DNA of 64,000 nucleotides from Eledone cirrhosa (Eukaryota): NCBI GenBank assembly GCA_964016885.1, contig OZ024743.1, positions 304,978,001 to 305,042,000 of the forward strand, read 5' to 3'. Shown piece by piece: positions 25,530 to 39,106 of this stretch (position 1 is its first letter; each line of letters starts with the position of its first letter). The notes under the pieces were generated by a model. It saw only the letters and a program-made list of their open reading frames with translations, ran no database searches and was not told where the DNA came from. The position numbers and the translations under genes were made by a program.

Positions 25530-25885
25530 GCTCATCAATCCGGTGCTTATCCCTTTTTACATGGCGTTAAGCAACAGAGTACAAGACTTCCTCCCGAACA
25601 GGATGCCAGTCCATTGTAAGGTTAAAGTCTCAAGGCCAGAGGCTCATTAGACTGGTGCTTACCCCAGCTTTTGTGGCATGAAGCAACTGAATGTACAGGA
25701 CACTTCCCTGAACAAGGTCTCTGTCCATTGCAGGATTAAACCTCCTGCTATTGCTGGCACTCATTTTCAGCTGAGTATACTGGAAGAGTGTGAATTGAAG
25801 TGTTTGACTCAAGAACACAACACATAGCCTAATCTGAGAATTCACCCCTCAACATAATGATCATATATCCAACCCTTACCACTAA
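25530..25885 (-). mobile_element. CORE-type SINE remnant with duplicated tail segment
   Basis: ctcattttcagctgagtatactgg...aagtgtttgactcaagaacacaac resembles the CORE domain in reverse; two copies of a ggtgctta.ccc..ttt..tggc.t.aagcaac segment. Confidence 0.55.
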
Positions 25886-26529
25886 GCAACCCTTACCCCT
25901 TAACACAGGGAGCCACTACAGGGTTGCTAAACCAGAAAGAATTGGTAACCAAATCACCCCCAAATCCTGCTTTGTCATGGAAAATGTAATAAATCTAGAT
26001 CTATTATATCTAAAAAGAAGAGTGGATGGTCACGGTCTTTAATCTTAAGTATATGTGATCAAAGTTGACCTGAACAAAACAACTATATCAACCGTGAGAA
26101 AATTATTTGAAGTAAATTGATTAAATATTGAAGTTATGGTCAAGTAAATTGTTTAGGCATCAACACTAGTTTGGACATGATTGGAATAGATGATACACAC
26201 TGAGTGTAAAAACAACAGAAAAGTTGAGTAGAAGCAAGGTAGAAAAGTTAACAAACATTACATGATAGATTGATAGAGAATTAAGAGGTATGGAAAGATG
26301 TGTTGTAGATCAATACAACTTATGTTAGTATGGAAACAAACTGTTGTAACAGAGAAACATTAATGTTAAAATTTGTTGAATCCGTTAGAACACGAAAAGT
26401 GAAACAACAGAATGTTCACTTTTCGTGTTCTAACATATATGCCTAGCTTCTTCATAAATTTTTCGGGGATAGCCATGGTGGTGGTGATCGTATGTCATTG
26501 GCTAATTTTCAACCAATCAGAGTAAGTGT

Positions 26530-26530
<1 letters not shown>

Positions 26531-26575
<45 letters not shown>

Positions 26576-26960
26576 TATTGCCCCTCTCTCTATATATATA
26601 TATCTTACGCTTTCGCTTTACACTCCTCCCCTTCAATAACACATTTCCCCCTCTCTATATATCTCTTCCACTGTTACTTACGCCTGTTTCTCTCTATCTG
26701 TTCCTCTCTATCTGTTCCGTCTGTATATATATCTCTCTTACTCTTTCGCTTTGCACTCCTCCCCTTCAATACCATCTCTCCCCCTCTCTATATATTTGTT
26801 ACTCTATCGCTGCACGCTCCTCTCCTTCAATATATCAATTACACACGCTTTACACTTCTTTATCCCCAGCGCCCCTATATATACACCGCCCCTCCCGCAT
26901 CTATATTTTAATGTTCCGTTGCACCGTGAATATATGTGTCTATATATATATATATACATA
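26531..26960. repeat. (TA)n tracts flanking pyrimidine-rich low-complexity repeats
   Basis: Repeated ctttcgcttt.cactcctccccttcaata and ctctctatatat units. Confidence 0.8.
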
Positions 26961-27932
26961 TATATTGTATATACACATTCATGTATGTGTATACACACTC
27001 ATGTATGTATATACACTGGTTTTATGTGTGTATTGTAAATTTGTACTGTTAAAACACGAAACTAACATTCGATTGACACTTTGATTACCTGTACAGGCAA
27101 TAGTTATTAGAATGCTGTTGAAGTGTGTATATATTTTTGGGGGACATCTTGTATATACACACATTATATATAATACAATAAACAGATAAATACACACATA
27201 TATATATGAGCTTATTTAATTATAAATATTGTGAATTTTTAACTCAGTTCAATTATATATATAAATGGCTTCTACAGGACTAGAACTGTTTCATTCGAAA
27301 GAAATCATCATAATATTGAGAGGGGGGACTAGATAAAATATTTCAAATCAAATGTGTATAAGTTATAAGTTAAAATGTATAAATAGAGACGATAGTGGAG
27401 GTATATCTGTTTAGTGGAACAGTAGACGATAGAATTAAATACAGACGAGAATCTCCCTTTAATGAAACAGCAGACGATAGAATTAAGGCAATTTAAATTT
27501 TAAGCATTTGCATTTTTGCCTTTCATCGTTACGGGGTCGATAAAATAAAGTACCAGTAATACACTGTCACTATAAGTAGACGACTTTCAAATTGAATTGT
27601 TGGTTCCATTTCTTTAGTATTTTCAATTGTAGTTATCTACTTAAAAAGCGTTACACGGTTAGAGACATAATTGGTAAGTTATATCTTCCCTATTAAACCA
27701 TTGCATTATTTCGCCTACAATAGAACAAAAATGAAATGTTCTTTAAAGAAACAGGAATATAACTTTATAAAAAAAAAAGTTGCATCCGCTTCTTTTATCA
27801 TTGATAATTTTTTCGTTTTAATATTAATTGTTTTTTGTAGTTGTTTATATTAAAAATCTTACTGTAATATTTACTTAAACGAAGGCAGACATCTAAACTT
27901 ATAGATTAATCTTGAGCGAAGGACTAGATAAA

Positions 27933-27987
<55 letters not shown>

Positions 27988-29210
27988 GAAGAATGATAAA
28001 ATTTCAAGCAAAGAGTTTAATTAGGTAATGACTTACAAATTTGTTTCAGTATATAGACAAAGCCTGAAGCGCTAATTATAATAATTAGTTAATAATATTA
28101 CAAAATATATTAATATTATATTAAATATATACTGAAACAAATTTGTTTAGCAGAAAGTTTCCAGACAAGAAACACGCATATTTTGCTATCCTCAAACACG
28201 TTTACACATGGCATGAAATATAACTAATCCGAGATGGCTAGGTTTCATCTTCTAACTGGATAAACGAAATCCATTATGTCTTGACAACAACATGAGGTAA
28301 CATTATGTTATTCACAGACACACTTTGTACACCGTTCCATATCAGAATGTATTTCCTTCGTCACATTCACAAACAGTATTGAAAATATGTTCTTCGGCAA
28401 ATAAAAATGTTTTGTTCATAATATTTCAACTAGCGATTGCTCTACTCCACGCACGACCACCATAAATTAATGACCAGCTCAACACAAGTATTGGTAGAGC
28501 GTCAGACACCATGCTTTGCAGTATTGTTATGGTCCTTTGCATTCTAAGTTCAAATCCTGCCGAGGTTAACTTCGACTTTCATACTTACTAATTCGATAAA
28601 ATAAAGTACCAGTAATGGACTGCCGTAATGGATTTGTGCCGAAAAATAGAAACACTATTAATGTGCAATAAGAGCAAAATATAACGACATTGCTCAATTA
28701 TTTTATCTAATGTTGTAATAACACAAGGAAATGTTGTTTGTGTATTTCTTTTTATATTTGCTCATAGGCTTTCACAATTTCGCTCAGCCAACAACTATTA
28801 AAAAGTGAGTTGCTTAAGATAACAATTTAATCACAAATTGTTGCTATCTTTTAATACACACCAACAAGTCATCAAATTATGTACAATAAAAACAAATCTT
28901 ATTAATTTGCTCAGGGAATATAAAGAAAATGTATATACACTGATAATTGCAATTGTATGTAAATATTTTGTATTTGTATTGTTTATTTTATGTCTTCTAT
29001 TATGTATAATATATTGATTTAATATTGATTGTTTTTTGTAGTTGTTTATATTAAAAGTCTGAAAATATTTTTATACATCTTACACTAATATTTATAAGAT
29101 AATTTATAATAACAATTACATAATCTAATTACATTACAACGATAATTTATTATTAATATATATCCTGTTTAACTAGAGTTATTACAAGCGTTGCCTTAAA
29201 AAAATATTAA

Positions 29211-30167
29211 ACTAGACATGAAAAATGCGCAAGCTCAAAAGTGCCACAGAATGTTATAATAAACCTTCAAAAGTGTGGGACTAGAGTTGTTGCTAAAAAA
29301 TATTGTAATCATTATATATCGTACATTCTGTGGCATCCTTTATAAAAATAGCTTAAACCAACGAAGCCTTTATTTTTACGCTATTTCACTTAGTTAATTC
29401 TTAGAGTGTAACATATAAAAATAAATACATCTATGTTTAATATAATAACAACTATAAATAATTACGTAATATTATTATCATATACTCATAGTAACAAAAT
29501 AATTGTGTTGAAAATTAATATGATGCTTATATGAACGATCAAATCTATAATGATAATTTCTTAAATATACTAATAGTAAAATAATTTAGTTATCTATTGT
29601 TACATTTTCATAGAACTATAATATTAACAATCGTATTGCATTATCAAATTTTTATCACTACAAACTTTCATATTGGAATTACCTTAAGCCACTTATTATT
29701 ACTTCGCTTTCGTACTTTTACAGCTGTAGATATTGCGCTGTATCTTATATCTAATATCAATATCTCATGGTAATTTGCATGCAGTGTAAAATAGGTTTAT
29801 TAATAACTTTAATATGAAATGTATTATACAGGGCTGCGGAGTCGGCTAAAAATTGACTGGCTCCAACTCTGGATCCGATACTCCATTATTTCCTAAATTT
29901 CAGCTCCGCAGCTCTGTTATTATATTAATTAATTTATTTTATAGTTGTAAATCATATTTTTATATGTTACATTCTAAGAATTAACTAAGTGAAATAGCGT
30001 AAAAATAAAGGCTTCGTTGGTTTAAGCTATTTTTATAAAGGATGCCACAGAATGTACGATATATAATGATTACAATATTTTTTAGCAACAACTCTAGTCC
30101 CACACTTTTGAAGGTTTATTATAACATTCTGTGGCACTTTTGAGCTTGCGCATTTTTCATGTCTAGT
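29211..30167. mobile_element. Foldback/MITE-like element with 213-bp near-perfect TIRs (29211-29423 / 29955-30167) and ACTAG...CTAGT termini
   Basis: The arms are reverse complements with very few mismatches; the interior is AT-rich and non-coding. Confidence 0.8.
29829..29916. mobile_element. 88-bp hAT-type MITE nested in the foldback element
   Basis: TIRs cagggctgcggag / ctccgcagctctg; 8-bp TSD matching at 7 of 8 (gtattata / ttattata). Confidence 0.75.
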
Positions 30168-30330
30168 ATTACATAATGTCTCTCTTCCCTAGGTACATAT
30201 GCAGAGTTTGGGAATGTGGGTGGTCTGTCGAATTTAGAAGATGAGTGAGGTATGGTTTGGCAGGAGTGATGAGTGCAGGTTGGTGTTCGGTTTTGGGTGT
30301 TTGCTGAGTGTTTGTGGACTGATTGGAACA

Positions 30331-30515
30331 ATAATTGTTTCTACTTTAGGCACAAGGCCAGCAATTACTCAGTACATTACTGGTACTTTATTTTATCGAC
30401 TCCGTAAGGATGAAAGGCAAAGTTAACCTCGGCGGGATTTGAACTCATACTGTAAAGGGACGTAACTATGCTAGAAGCATGGCGTCCAACCCTCTACCGA
30501 TACTGCCAATTCACC
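30331..30515 (-). mobile_element. Meta-like SINE copy; others at about 27515-27565, 28490-28655, 32185-32340, 33060-33365, 51798-51943, 52922-53153, 54788-55018 and 56745-56925
   Basis: Reverse complement of the family at 1972-2160. Confidence 0.85.
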
Positions 30516-31655
30516 AACAATAATGGTCTTATTTATAAACTGAAGATTGAGAGAAATTTGAGATAAAAGAGAAAAAGATTGAAAGAAATTGTTAATAATA
30601 TTACAATCATATTGAAATAGACAATATGAAATTAATTAATCATCTAGTCTTTTATTCTACAACAAGATCCTCAATTCAAAACTGATTATGAATTGTAACA
30701 TATATGTTGATAGTGTTTATAAAAATATCTCATTTCCAGCTAAAATGTACAGACACAGTAGCATCCAGTGCATTTCCTTTTTGAAATGATAAACCACCAT
30801 AGGTTAGAGTAGACTGTATGATTCTCCACTAAGTTAAAGTATGACATGACTGTGACAAAAGATACTACATGTCATTGAAATCTTTATTTAGGGCTAACCT
30901 GAAACTAAACAACATCTAAAGAGCTGGTATCTTTTCACTGGAGTAAAATCTATTATTTTTAGATAAAAAAAAAATGTTTATGTGCAAAACTCTCTATCTC
31001 TGTTTATATAAATGTATCAATGTCTCAGTTGACTATATGGAAAATGGATCTCAAAAACATTTTTCAACAAATGAAAAAATGTTTAGTCTTTATATTTTTC
31101 TTAAAATATAATATCCCGGATAACCACAAGGTTGTCAAATTAATAACAACTAATCAACTTGCAACTGATCAAATATGAATTATTAAATCTATGAATGAAC
31201 ATTAACTATCATTACCACAGTTTAACTTATATATCATTTGTGAAATCCTGCTGTTATTAAAACTAAATTGAAAAACAAGCCACCATAAAAGACTGTTATG
31301 TTTACTCTTTTTAATAAAAAGAATCCTTGCTTCTATGGCTGGTGATAATTATGATAAAAAACACCCAGTCCACATTGTAATTTGGTTGGCAATAGGAAGG
31401 ACATCAAGACAGAAACAGTTCTGTATGAGCAAGACACGATCTGGCTTGTCTCACAATAGGACAACTTACTATATATATATGGTTAGCGTTAGGAAGAGCA
31501 TGTAGCCATAGAAACTAAGCCAAAAACAGTTCTGTATAGCGTGGAAAATGGATATAAAATGGTGATGATGTTGAATGCAGATTTGTGATAAATATCTAAT
31601 AAATTTTCCATGCTATGATGATATTTGAATATTCTTATTTTTTATTCCGTTATAG

Positions 31656-31817
31656 GGTGACAGTGGAGGTCCATTAGTATGCCCCAATGAAGAAGGAAAC
31701 TGGGCTGTATATGGTATTGTTAGCTATGGTTATGACGATTGTAGTGGACGTATTTCACAACCAAGTGTGTTTGTCAATATCTATGAATTGATGTCATGGA
31801 TTAACAGATATATATAA
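31656..31817 (+). CDS. S1A serine protease, last exon carrying the catalytic Ser
   Basis: Acceptor ccgttatag|. Translates GDSGGPLVCPNEEGNWAVYGIVSYGYDDCSGRISQPSVFVNIYELMSWINRYI*; too short to appear in the ORF track. Confidence 0.95.
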   Translation, partial: GDSGGPLVCPNEEGNWAVYGIVSYGYDDCSGRISQPSVFVNIYELMSWINRYI

Positions 31818-34559
31818 CAATTTCCAAACAAAGTGTTTCCTACAAAATTATTGTGTACCTGAATTTATTAACTCTATTAACCACTTAATCCTACAATTAT
31901 CAAAAATCTTACCAGATGATATAGGTTTCAATCTCATCTGATTCTTGCTTATTTTCTTTCTCATGCTCTACGTATCTATGATAAGTTTATATATGAAAAG
32001 GTATTCTTTGAACATTCCTAGCTTAATTATAAATATATTAATTATAGTTTATATGTTTTCATACAGAAAGTTATTGTATTTTCCAGAGTATACAATAGAC
32101 TTCTTTTACCCAAAGATTTTGTGTCAAAATCTGCCTGCATCCTATACACCGAAGGTATGATTATTATTATTATTATTATTATTGGTAGGGCATCGGACAA
32201 CATGCTTTGTAGCATACAGTTACATCCCTTTATGTTCTGAGTTCAAATCCCGCAGAGGTTAATTTTGCCTTTCATAATTACAGGGTCGATAAAATAAATT
32301 ACCAGTAACACATTGGGTCAATTTAATCAACTTCCCCTCCCCACAGAAACCATTATTATAACCACCTATGATAATTGTTGCTCTGGGAATTATAGAAGAA
32401 CATACACAGATGCATAACAAAAATCCCAAGACTTACAAATATATAAAGCATATAGAAAATAGCACTACTAGGCACTGAACATGTATTACAAGGAGTAATT
32501 TCCATACACTAAATACAATAACACTAAAAAACATGACTTCTCATTAACACATAATTAAAATAAAGCTAATGGCAATTATCATTTAACATCTGTTCTCCTG
32601 TCTAGCATGAGTAGATTATTACAGATCTCAGTCACTACTTCAGACCACTCAGATAAACTGATGAGAACAAATTTTGTTTATATATGTTCCTACACTGTAA
32701 AGTGTGTATCAGGTGCATTTCATCATGACACCAGCACTAGGGAGGTTGTCATGTCTTTGACACAACTAAAGAAGACCCTTGGTGTGGTTTCTATAGCTGA
32801 ATGCCCTTTCTATCACCAACCACCTTACAAGGTGTACTGGGTGTATTCTTCATGGTACCAGCTCTAGTGAGATTGTCAATCATTGACTCAAGTTAAGGGT
32901 CATTTCTATTCTATGAGAGAAACAGGATAAGATGGGATAAAAAGAATAAATATAGAGCCATAGGCACATGGCAGGTAGGAGAGGGGAGAAGGAAGCATTG
33001 ATCTCCAATATTGGGGAGGTACTACTACTACTACTACTACTACTACCACTTATAATAATGCTTTCTTATATAGGCACAAAGCCAACAATTTGGGGAAGGG
33101 CAAAGTCGATTAAATTGACTCCATTGCATTACTGGTACTTTATTTTTTATCGACCCTGTAAGGATGGATGGCAAAGCTAACCCCTGTGGGATTTGAACTC
33201 GGAACTTAAACGGCAGTAACTATGCTGCAAATAATAATTGTTTCTATTTTTTGCACAAGGCCAGCAATTATTCCAGTGTATTACTGGTACTTTATTTTAT
33301 CGACCACGTCAAGATGAAAAGCAAATCATGGCGTCCAACCCTCTACTGATACTGCCAATCCACTGCAAATAATAATAATGTTAATAATGATAATAATAAT
33401 AAAACTTTCACCCCACAAACCTTTTTCTTTAAAGTAAGGGTGCATATAACTGGGGATACAACCACACACGTTTTGATTCACCATAGGTGTTTCTGTTCAC
33501 ATTTTTCTGTCTCCAGGGGTAATTTTTCAAACTTATACAACTATTATTTGATTATCAACTCTTATTGTTGTTATCTGCGTTACAGTGACTATATTTTCAA
33601 ATTTAAATAATTTATGATTATATAATAATTTTCATAATAATTTTGCAATTTTAATAAAAAATTAGTGTGATATGAACTAATTTGTTATGTTGTCATTTTA
33701 TTTTTAGTTATAACCTTTGTTTCTTTCTTTACTATATATATATACTACTTAATTCTTAATGTCACACTGAAATCTTTTGTTAAAATATTATTTTTTTTCA
33801 TATAGCTCATGTATAATATAACTAGCTTTTAAGAAATACAGGTAGGCCTATCATAGGGGAAGTGGCAAAAATATTAGGTGAATTTTTATCAAATAAGTAT
33901 AAGTAATTGAAATAACAGACTCAATTTATTCAATTGTACTATATCCTTTTCCTAGTTTATTGTAATATAGCCATCCCAAAATATGAGATATCACTCAAAA
34001 TATGAGATATGACCCAAGATTTGCAGAGACATTTGTTGTCATTTATATCTGACAATATCGTTCATGGCATTCTTGTAGGCTATCAGCAACTCTACCTGTA
34101 AGTTTCTTTTTCCTGGACCTGCCTCCTACATAGTCTAGTTTCAGTCCTTTTGATGCTACATGAAGAGAAAAACTATTATACCTGTTATATTTTTCTCAAC
34201 AATTGAAATGAGAACAGAAAAAAGATGATCAAGTGAATATATATTGAAACACTGAACTTTTGAAGGTGTACGATTCCCCACCCATCCGCCACAAAACTAC
34301 AAAAATATCCTCTATGTTTATATACAGCCAAGACTTCAGAATGTTCTGGAAAAGGCATGTGTGTCATACTCTGATTGGACAATAGTAGATTTGTCGAAAT
34401 CATGTCAAATATTCGCACATCTGCCTCCTCCAAGTGGATTATTTTACATTCGTAAAAAAGCCTTGATAATTTGAAGGTCATGATTTTGATTCTTGCCTGT
34501 GGATCTTACTAATACCCCCACCTAAAAGTCCTTGGTCATATGGTCGGAGATAAGGGTTT

Positions 34560-36143
34560 ACCTTCGGAGGCAATACTAGTTTTCTTTGGTGAGTAGAATG
34601 TCAAAGTGTTTGGTTTGATATTTGACTATTGTTTTCACAGGTAGATTAAAGGTATCTAAAATGATTTCAAGTGTTAGCTGTGATTCATGCTGAGATTGAT
34701 GTAAAAGTTCGTTTTTGTAACACATCTGGTTAATATATCTAGTCCAGCTGTTTTGTCGAACTTGGATGTCATAAATCACCTTTCCCATTTGTGTATAATA
34801 ACTCCCGTTTACAATGGTTGCAAAAAAGTACGGTATCACCTGGTTGCAGTAATTCTTGTGAACTTTGAACCACCAAAATTTGCAAATCGCCTCGGCTAAA
34901 TCAAGTTTTGCAAACATTTCCCGCCTATTTAATTTTGCAAATAAGTCATCTGGAAAAGGGAGTGAATACAGAGGATCATCAAGTACTTCGTTTAGTCCTG
35001 AAAACCTATTTACTCCAGCACAACCTATTAAGCTCTTTGGTCACGACAATTGGTGCTTTCCAAGTGGAATAAGTCAGTGAGGTCAAAATTCCACTCTGTT
35101 GTGGACAGGTAAATTCTTTCTCTACCAAAGCCTGGGCTACATGTAGCACAGGAAACTTTAGACAAAAAACTGGACATGATTCTGGGCATATCATTAGGGT
35201 AGCTTCAAATTTGTTACATAACCCCAATCTATCTGCAAACACTGACGAATATTTTTGAGTTAATTTTAACAGCATATTTGTTTCTACTAATGATAGTATC
35301 TGCATATGGTTACAAATTTCGTTCATTTGTTGGTCCAACCTGTACAGATTTTCAAGCCAATTGAGACCAAAAAGATCCAAATTTATATTGTTCATCACAT
35401 AACAAATATCATTGATCTTTGTCTCTTTCAAACTTGACGTTGGAGTTAATTTGGCTACAAATATTTAGTCAGTTTCCAGATATAATTTGTGTGGTTTTAG
35501 TTATGGCTACAATTTTAGGCCGACCAATATACCGCCACGTTTGTCTTGAAATTAGAGTAATGTCAGAAGCCGTGTCTAACTAAAGTGGACCCGTTTACTG
35601 TTAACGAGTAACTAGACATGCCTTCGTTTTGGTGGTGCATCAGTCGATGTGAATTGTGTACGAATTTGATGTTTGTGTCTTCCTATTGACATCTGTTTTT
35701 CTATTCAACAATAGATAGTGACGCAACACTAATTTTCAAGATAACACAACAATTGTGACATCTGTAATTTCTAATTTTGCAAAATTGGGCATAATGCCAA
35801 TTGCCACAATGCCAGCGTACTGTCAGGCATCTTTCATTGTGCCCAATGAGATTTTATATTTTTATTGTCATTGTGAAGGTAAAATGGCTTGAGCTAAATT
35901 TGGATGACTTTTATCTACCATTGCTATATAATGCTTTAAATTCACCAACTGCTGGAATTCGGTAGTCACGTCTTGTAACTCCATGTCTGGTGACTGTTCC
36001 AAACTATTAATAATACACATCAGCATCTTCTGATGTCTGTAACACGCAAACAACAATAATTTAAATTGGTCATCTGTCATCTGAGGTAGCTGCAAATGTT
36101 CAAAATTGCAATTCACCAGACCTGCATAGATGACAAAATCTTC
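34560..36143 (-). mobile_element. Decayed Ty3/Gypsy LTR retrotransposon internal region (gag knuckle, protease, partial RT)
   Basis: Minus strand: WHCGNWHYAQFC..RCHNC knuckle, LDTASDITLIS aspartic protease motif, LFGLNWL, TWKAPIVV and FAKLDLAEA; truncated by the tandem array at ~36143. Confidence 0.85.
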
Positions 36144-36856
36144 TGACAACGTTTCATAAATATTAACTGATATATGAGAAAATAGTTTATAAATGGGATT
36201 CATGTGAAATTGGACAAATGAAGGGTAGAAGAATAGCAGAATTTCAGGTTTCCCCATCTATATTACTTTGGCAGTAGGAAAAGAATCAGGATCCCGACGG
36301 CGGAGCATATGGTATATATGTATGTATTTTTTACAACTCCATATTCAGTAAAAAATTCTTGTTGCATTCGTATTCAAATGCGTAAAGGCACATGGCTTAA
36401 TAGTGAGATTGATCATGTGTAAAGGTTTCTTTCGGTAATTTAGTATGGAAATCAAATGCTTAGGACTTTTGTCTAACATTTGAATGCTTCTTAACGAGGC
36501 GAGGTACTTATATTGAAAGCCACATTACCTGTTTTTGTTTGTTCAAAGTTATAGTTTCTTGATATATTTGAGAAGATATCAAAGAAACTATATAAATGTC
36601 ACCGCATATAATATATCATTGTATCAATTGCACTTATGCGTTCTCGCGTAATAGCTGCATTGAGTCTTGAACTAGACATGATAAAAACTTAGACTGAGAG
36701 AAAGTTGAAAATATGTATTAAGAAACGTCCATTAGAGAAAAAATAAAATGCGTGATCGAATGAAAGGAAATGACAAATTCTAAACGAAATGATGATGACT
36801 AGAAGATAAAGGAAAATAAAGATATCAGATGAAATGTAAAAATGTAAATAAAACTT

Positions 36857-36943
36857 CGACGAAGATACGGACCGAACGGAACTAAAATTGTAAGTAAGCA
36901 ATGGCTTAGGATTATACCGCCTTAAACACTCGGCCACCTCGTC
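36857..36943 (-). pseudogene. tRNA-Ser(GCT)-derived pseudogene (array copy 1)
   Basis: GACGAGGTGGCCGAGTGTTTAAGGCG...CTAAGCCATTG...GTTCGGTCCGTATCTTCGTCG then AAGTTTT; compare conserved animal tRNA-Ser(GCT) GACGAGGTGGCCGAGTGGTTAAGGCG...CTAATCCATTG...GTTCGAATCCCATCCTCGTCG. The acceptor stem pairs; anticodon, variable and T arms are broken. Confidence 0.8.
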
Positions 36944-37109
36944 ACGTAAAGTCTTGACAACGTTTCACAAATATAAACTGATATATGAGAAAATAGTTTA
37001 TAAATGGGATTCATGTGAAATTGGACAAATGAAGCGTACAAAAATAGCAGCATTTCAGGTTTCCCCATCTACAATAATTTGGGAGTAGGAAAAGAATCAG
37101 GATCCCGAA

Positions 37110-37189
37110 GGCTGAGTAGCTAAGGCCGTTTCGACAGCTAGATCCGAACTCAGTTCTGATCTAGCTGTGAAAACGGCCGGAGGTCAGCC
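37110..37189. other. ~80-nt hairpin in each array unit (also about 39273, 41421, 43547 and 46029; partial at 50061 and 60249-60317)
   Basis: ggctgag...ggccgtttcgacagctagatc-loop-gatctagctgtgaaaacggcc...tcagcc. Confidence 0.85.
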
Positions 37190-37517
37190 ACTCTACTACC
37201 CTAAGTATCGAGTTCTCTGCTTTGTAATGGTCCACCTGGTTTCTTACCACACTCTCTTTGTTGTTAATTTGAGAGTATGAATGTTTAGGAAATGTTTTAA
37301 ACTATCGAGTAAATAATAACTAAAATTGATTAGATACGAATTTTATGAGTGAGTCTAACAAACATAAGACTTGTTATAGACCAATTGAAATTAAATTACT
37401 TCTCCAATAGTGGGCAAAATTTGGTAATCAATACGAAATAATTAGAAACACTTTCAAAGATTGTACTGTCTAAAATATTATCTATAGTAATTTATATTGT
37501 CAGCCTAAAATTCAGTA

Positions 37518-37632
37518 GTCAATTGTGGGTCATTGGCTAGCGTAGTAGACATGGAAACTGGTGGTCAGGTATTCGACACCTGTCAACCTCAACACGCTTC
37601 GCTGTTGAAGTAGATGCTTTTTTTTTTTTTTT
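37518..37632 (+). pseudogene. tRNA-like (Pol III A/B-box) cassette followed by an oligo-T tract, one per array unit (also about 39678, 41826, 43937, 46435; mirrored at about 63768-63888)
   Basis: gtgggtcattggctagcg (A-box-like), gttcgactc in most copies (B-box-like) at tRNA spacing, then a long T run. Isotype cannot be assigned. Confidence 0.55.
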
Positions 37633-39033
37633 GTTTGGCATTGCTTATGACATCTACTTTCATTAAATATATAAGTTATGACATTTAATTATTTATATTT
37701 ATGAATGCATGAAGAAGATATCCATTCTAGCTATAGTTTACATCATGTGTGTATCAGATTCTTTATTTTCCACAATAAATGTTCGACACTACTGAAAATG
37801 ATAAAGACATTTCATTAACAAATAGGGATAGTGTGAGTAAAAGCAAATAGTGAAAATTGAAAATACGATGCTATTGTATTGTTAAAAATGAAGGAAAGCA
37901 TTCGCGATCACATCGAACCTTCTCTGTAGACGATAAAATATAGCTTCACATATCCACATACTTCGTTCCGTTTATAAATCTTTCACTGCTTATATATAAA
38001 GATTTATTTGATTTGATGAAGTAGTTAAAAGCAAATGTTTTCATATTTAGATGGAGTCATTATTGCAGAATTTCACATGAGTACACTCAACTGAAGTGAC
38101 AATGAAATTCATTCCAAGAAAACCGTCCCTATCTTATGCTGAAATTCTTATTCTAGACACTAATTGTATTGCTGTCTAACCACCACCGTCCGAATTAATG
38201 TCTGCTAATGAAAGGTAACACTTTGAGAATAGCCATTACCTTTGCGTGAAATGTTTAGTTAACTTCTTTCTTATGACGTCACAATAACAATTTGTAAATT
38301 TAGATTGGATGAATTCGTTCAGTTGTTATCAATATATCTGACAAATTGAGTGGAATAGAATCGGCTGGAAAGCCCATATAATCATAATGGTGAGAGATGG
38401 AGAGAGCGGGAGAGACAGTGGTGGTGTGCATTCGGTTCGTTTGTATTTCGAACTGGTATATATGTATATATCTTTTACAGCTCCATATTCGTTATAAAAT
38501 TCTTATTGAATTCGTATTCAAATATGTAAAGGCATATGGCTTAATAGTTAGTGATAGTGTTTAAAGGCGTCTTTCGGTAATTTCGTATGGAAATCGAATG
38601 CTTAGGACTTTTGTCTAACCTTTAAATGCTTCTTAATTTCGTACTTAGTCTGTATCTCTGTATTTTCATATTACTTACATTTAAAGTCACATTACCTGTT
38701 ATTGTTTGTTCAAAGTAAATATTACGTTATAGTTTCTTGATATATTTGAGAAGATATCAAAGAAACTATATAAATGTCACCGCATATAATATATCATTGT
38801 ATCAATTGCACTTATGCGTTCTCGCGTAATAGCTGCATTGAGTCTTGAACTAGACATGATAAAAACTTAGACTGGGAGAAAGTTGAAAATATATATTAGG
38901 AAACGTCCATTAGAGAAAAATAAAATGCGTGATCGAATGAAAGGAAATGACAAATTCTAAACGGACTGTTGATGACTAGAAGATAAAAGAAAATGAAGAT
39001 ATCAGATGAAATGTAAAAATGTAAATAAAACTT

Positions 39034-39106
39034 CGACGAAGATACGGACCGAACGGAACTAAAATTGTAAGTGATTATACCGCCTTAAACATTCGGCCAC
39101 CTCGTC
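39034..39106 (-). pseudogene. tRNA-Ser(GCT)-derived pseudogene (copy 2, 14-bp internal deletion)
   Basis: As copy 1. Confidence 0.75.

Noticed and set aside
38370-38560. Further tRNA relics in the unit (cataatggtgag...gcgggagagac...ggttcg; ggcatatggcttaatagttag)
   Set aside because: Only short A-box-like resemblance with no pairing acceptor stem; too weak to call by eye.
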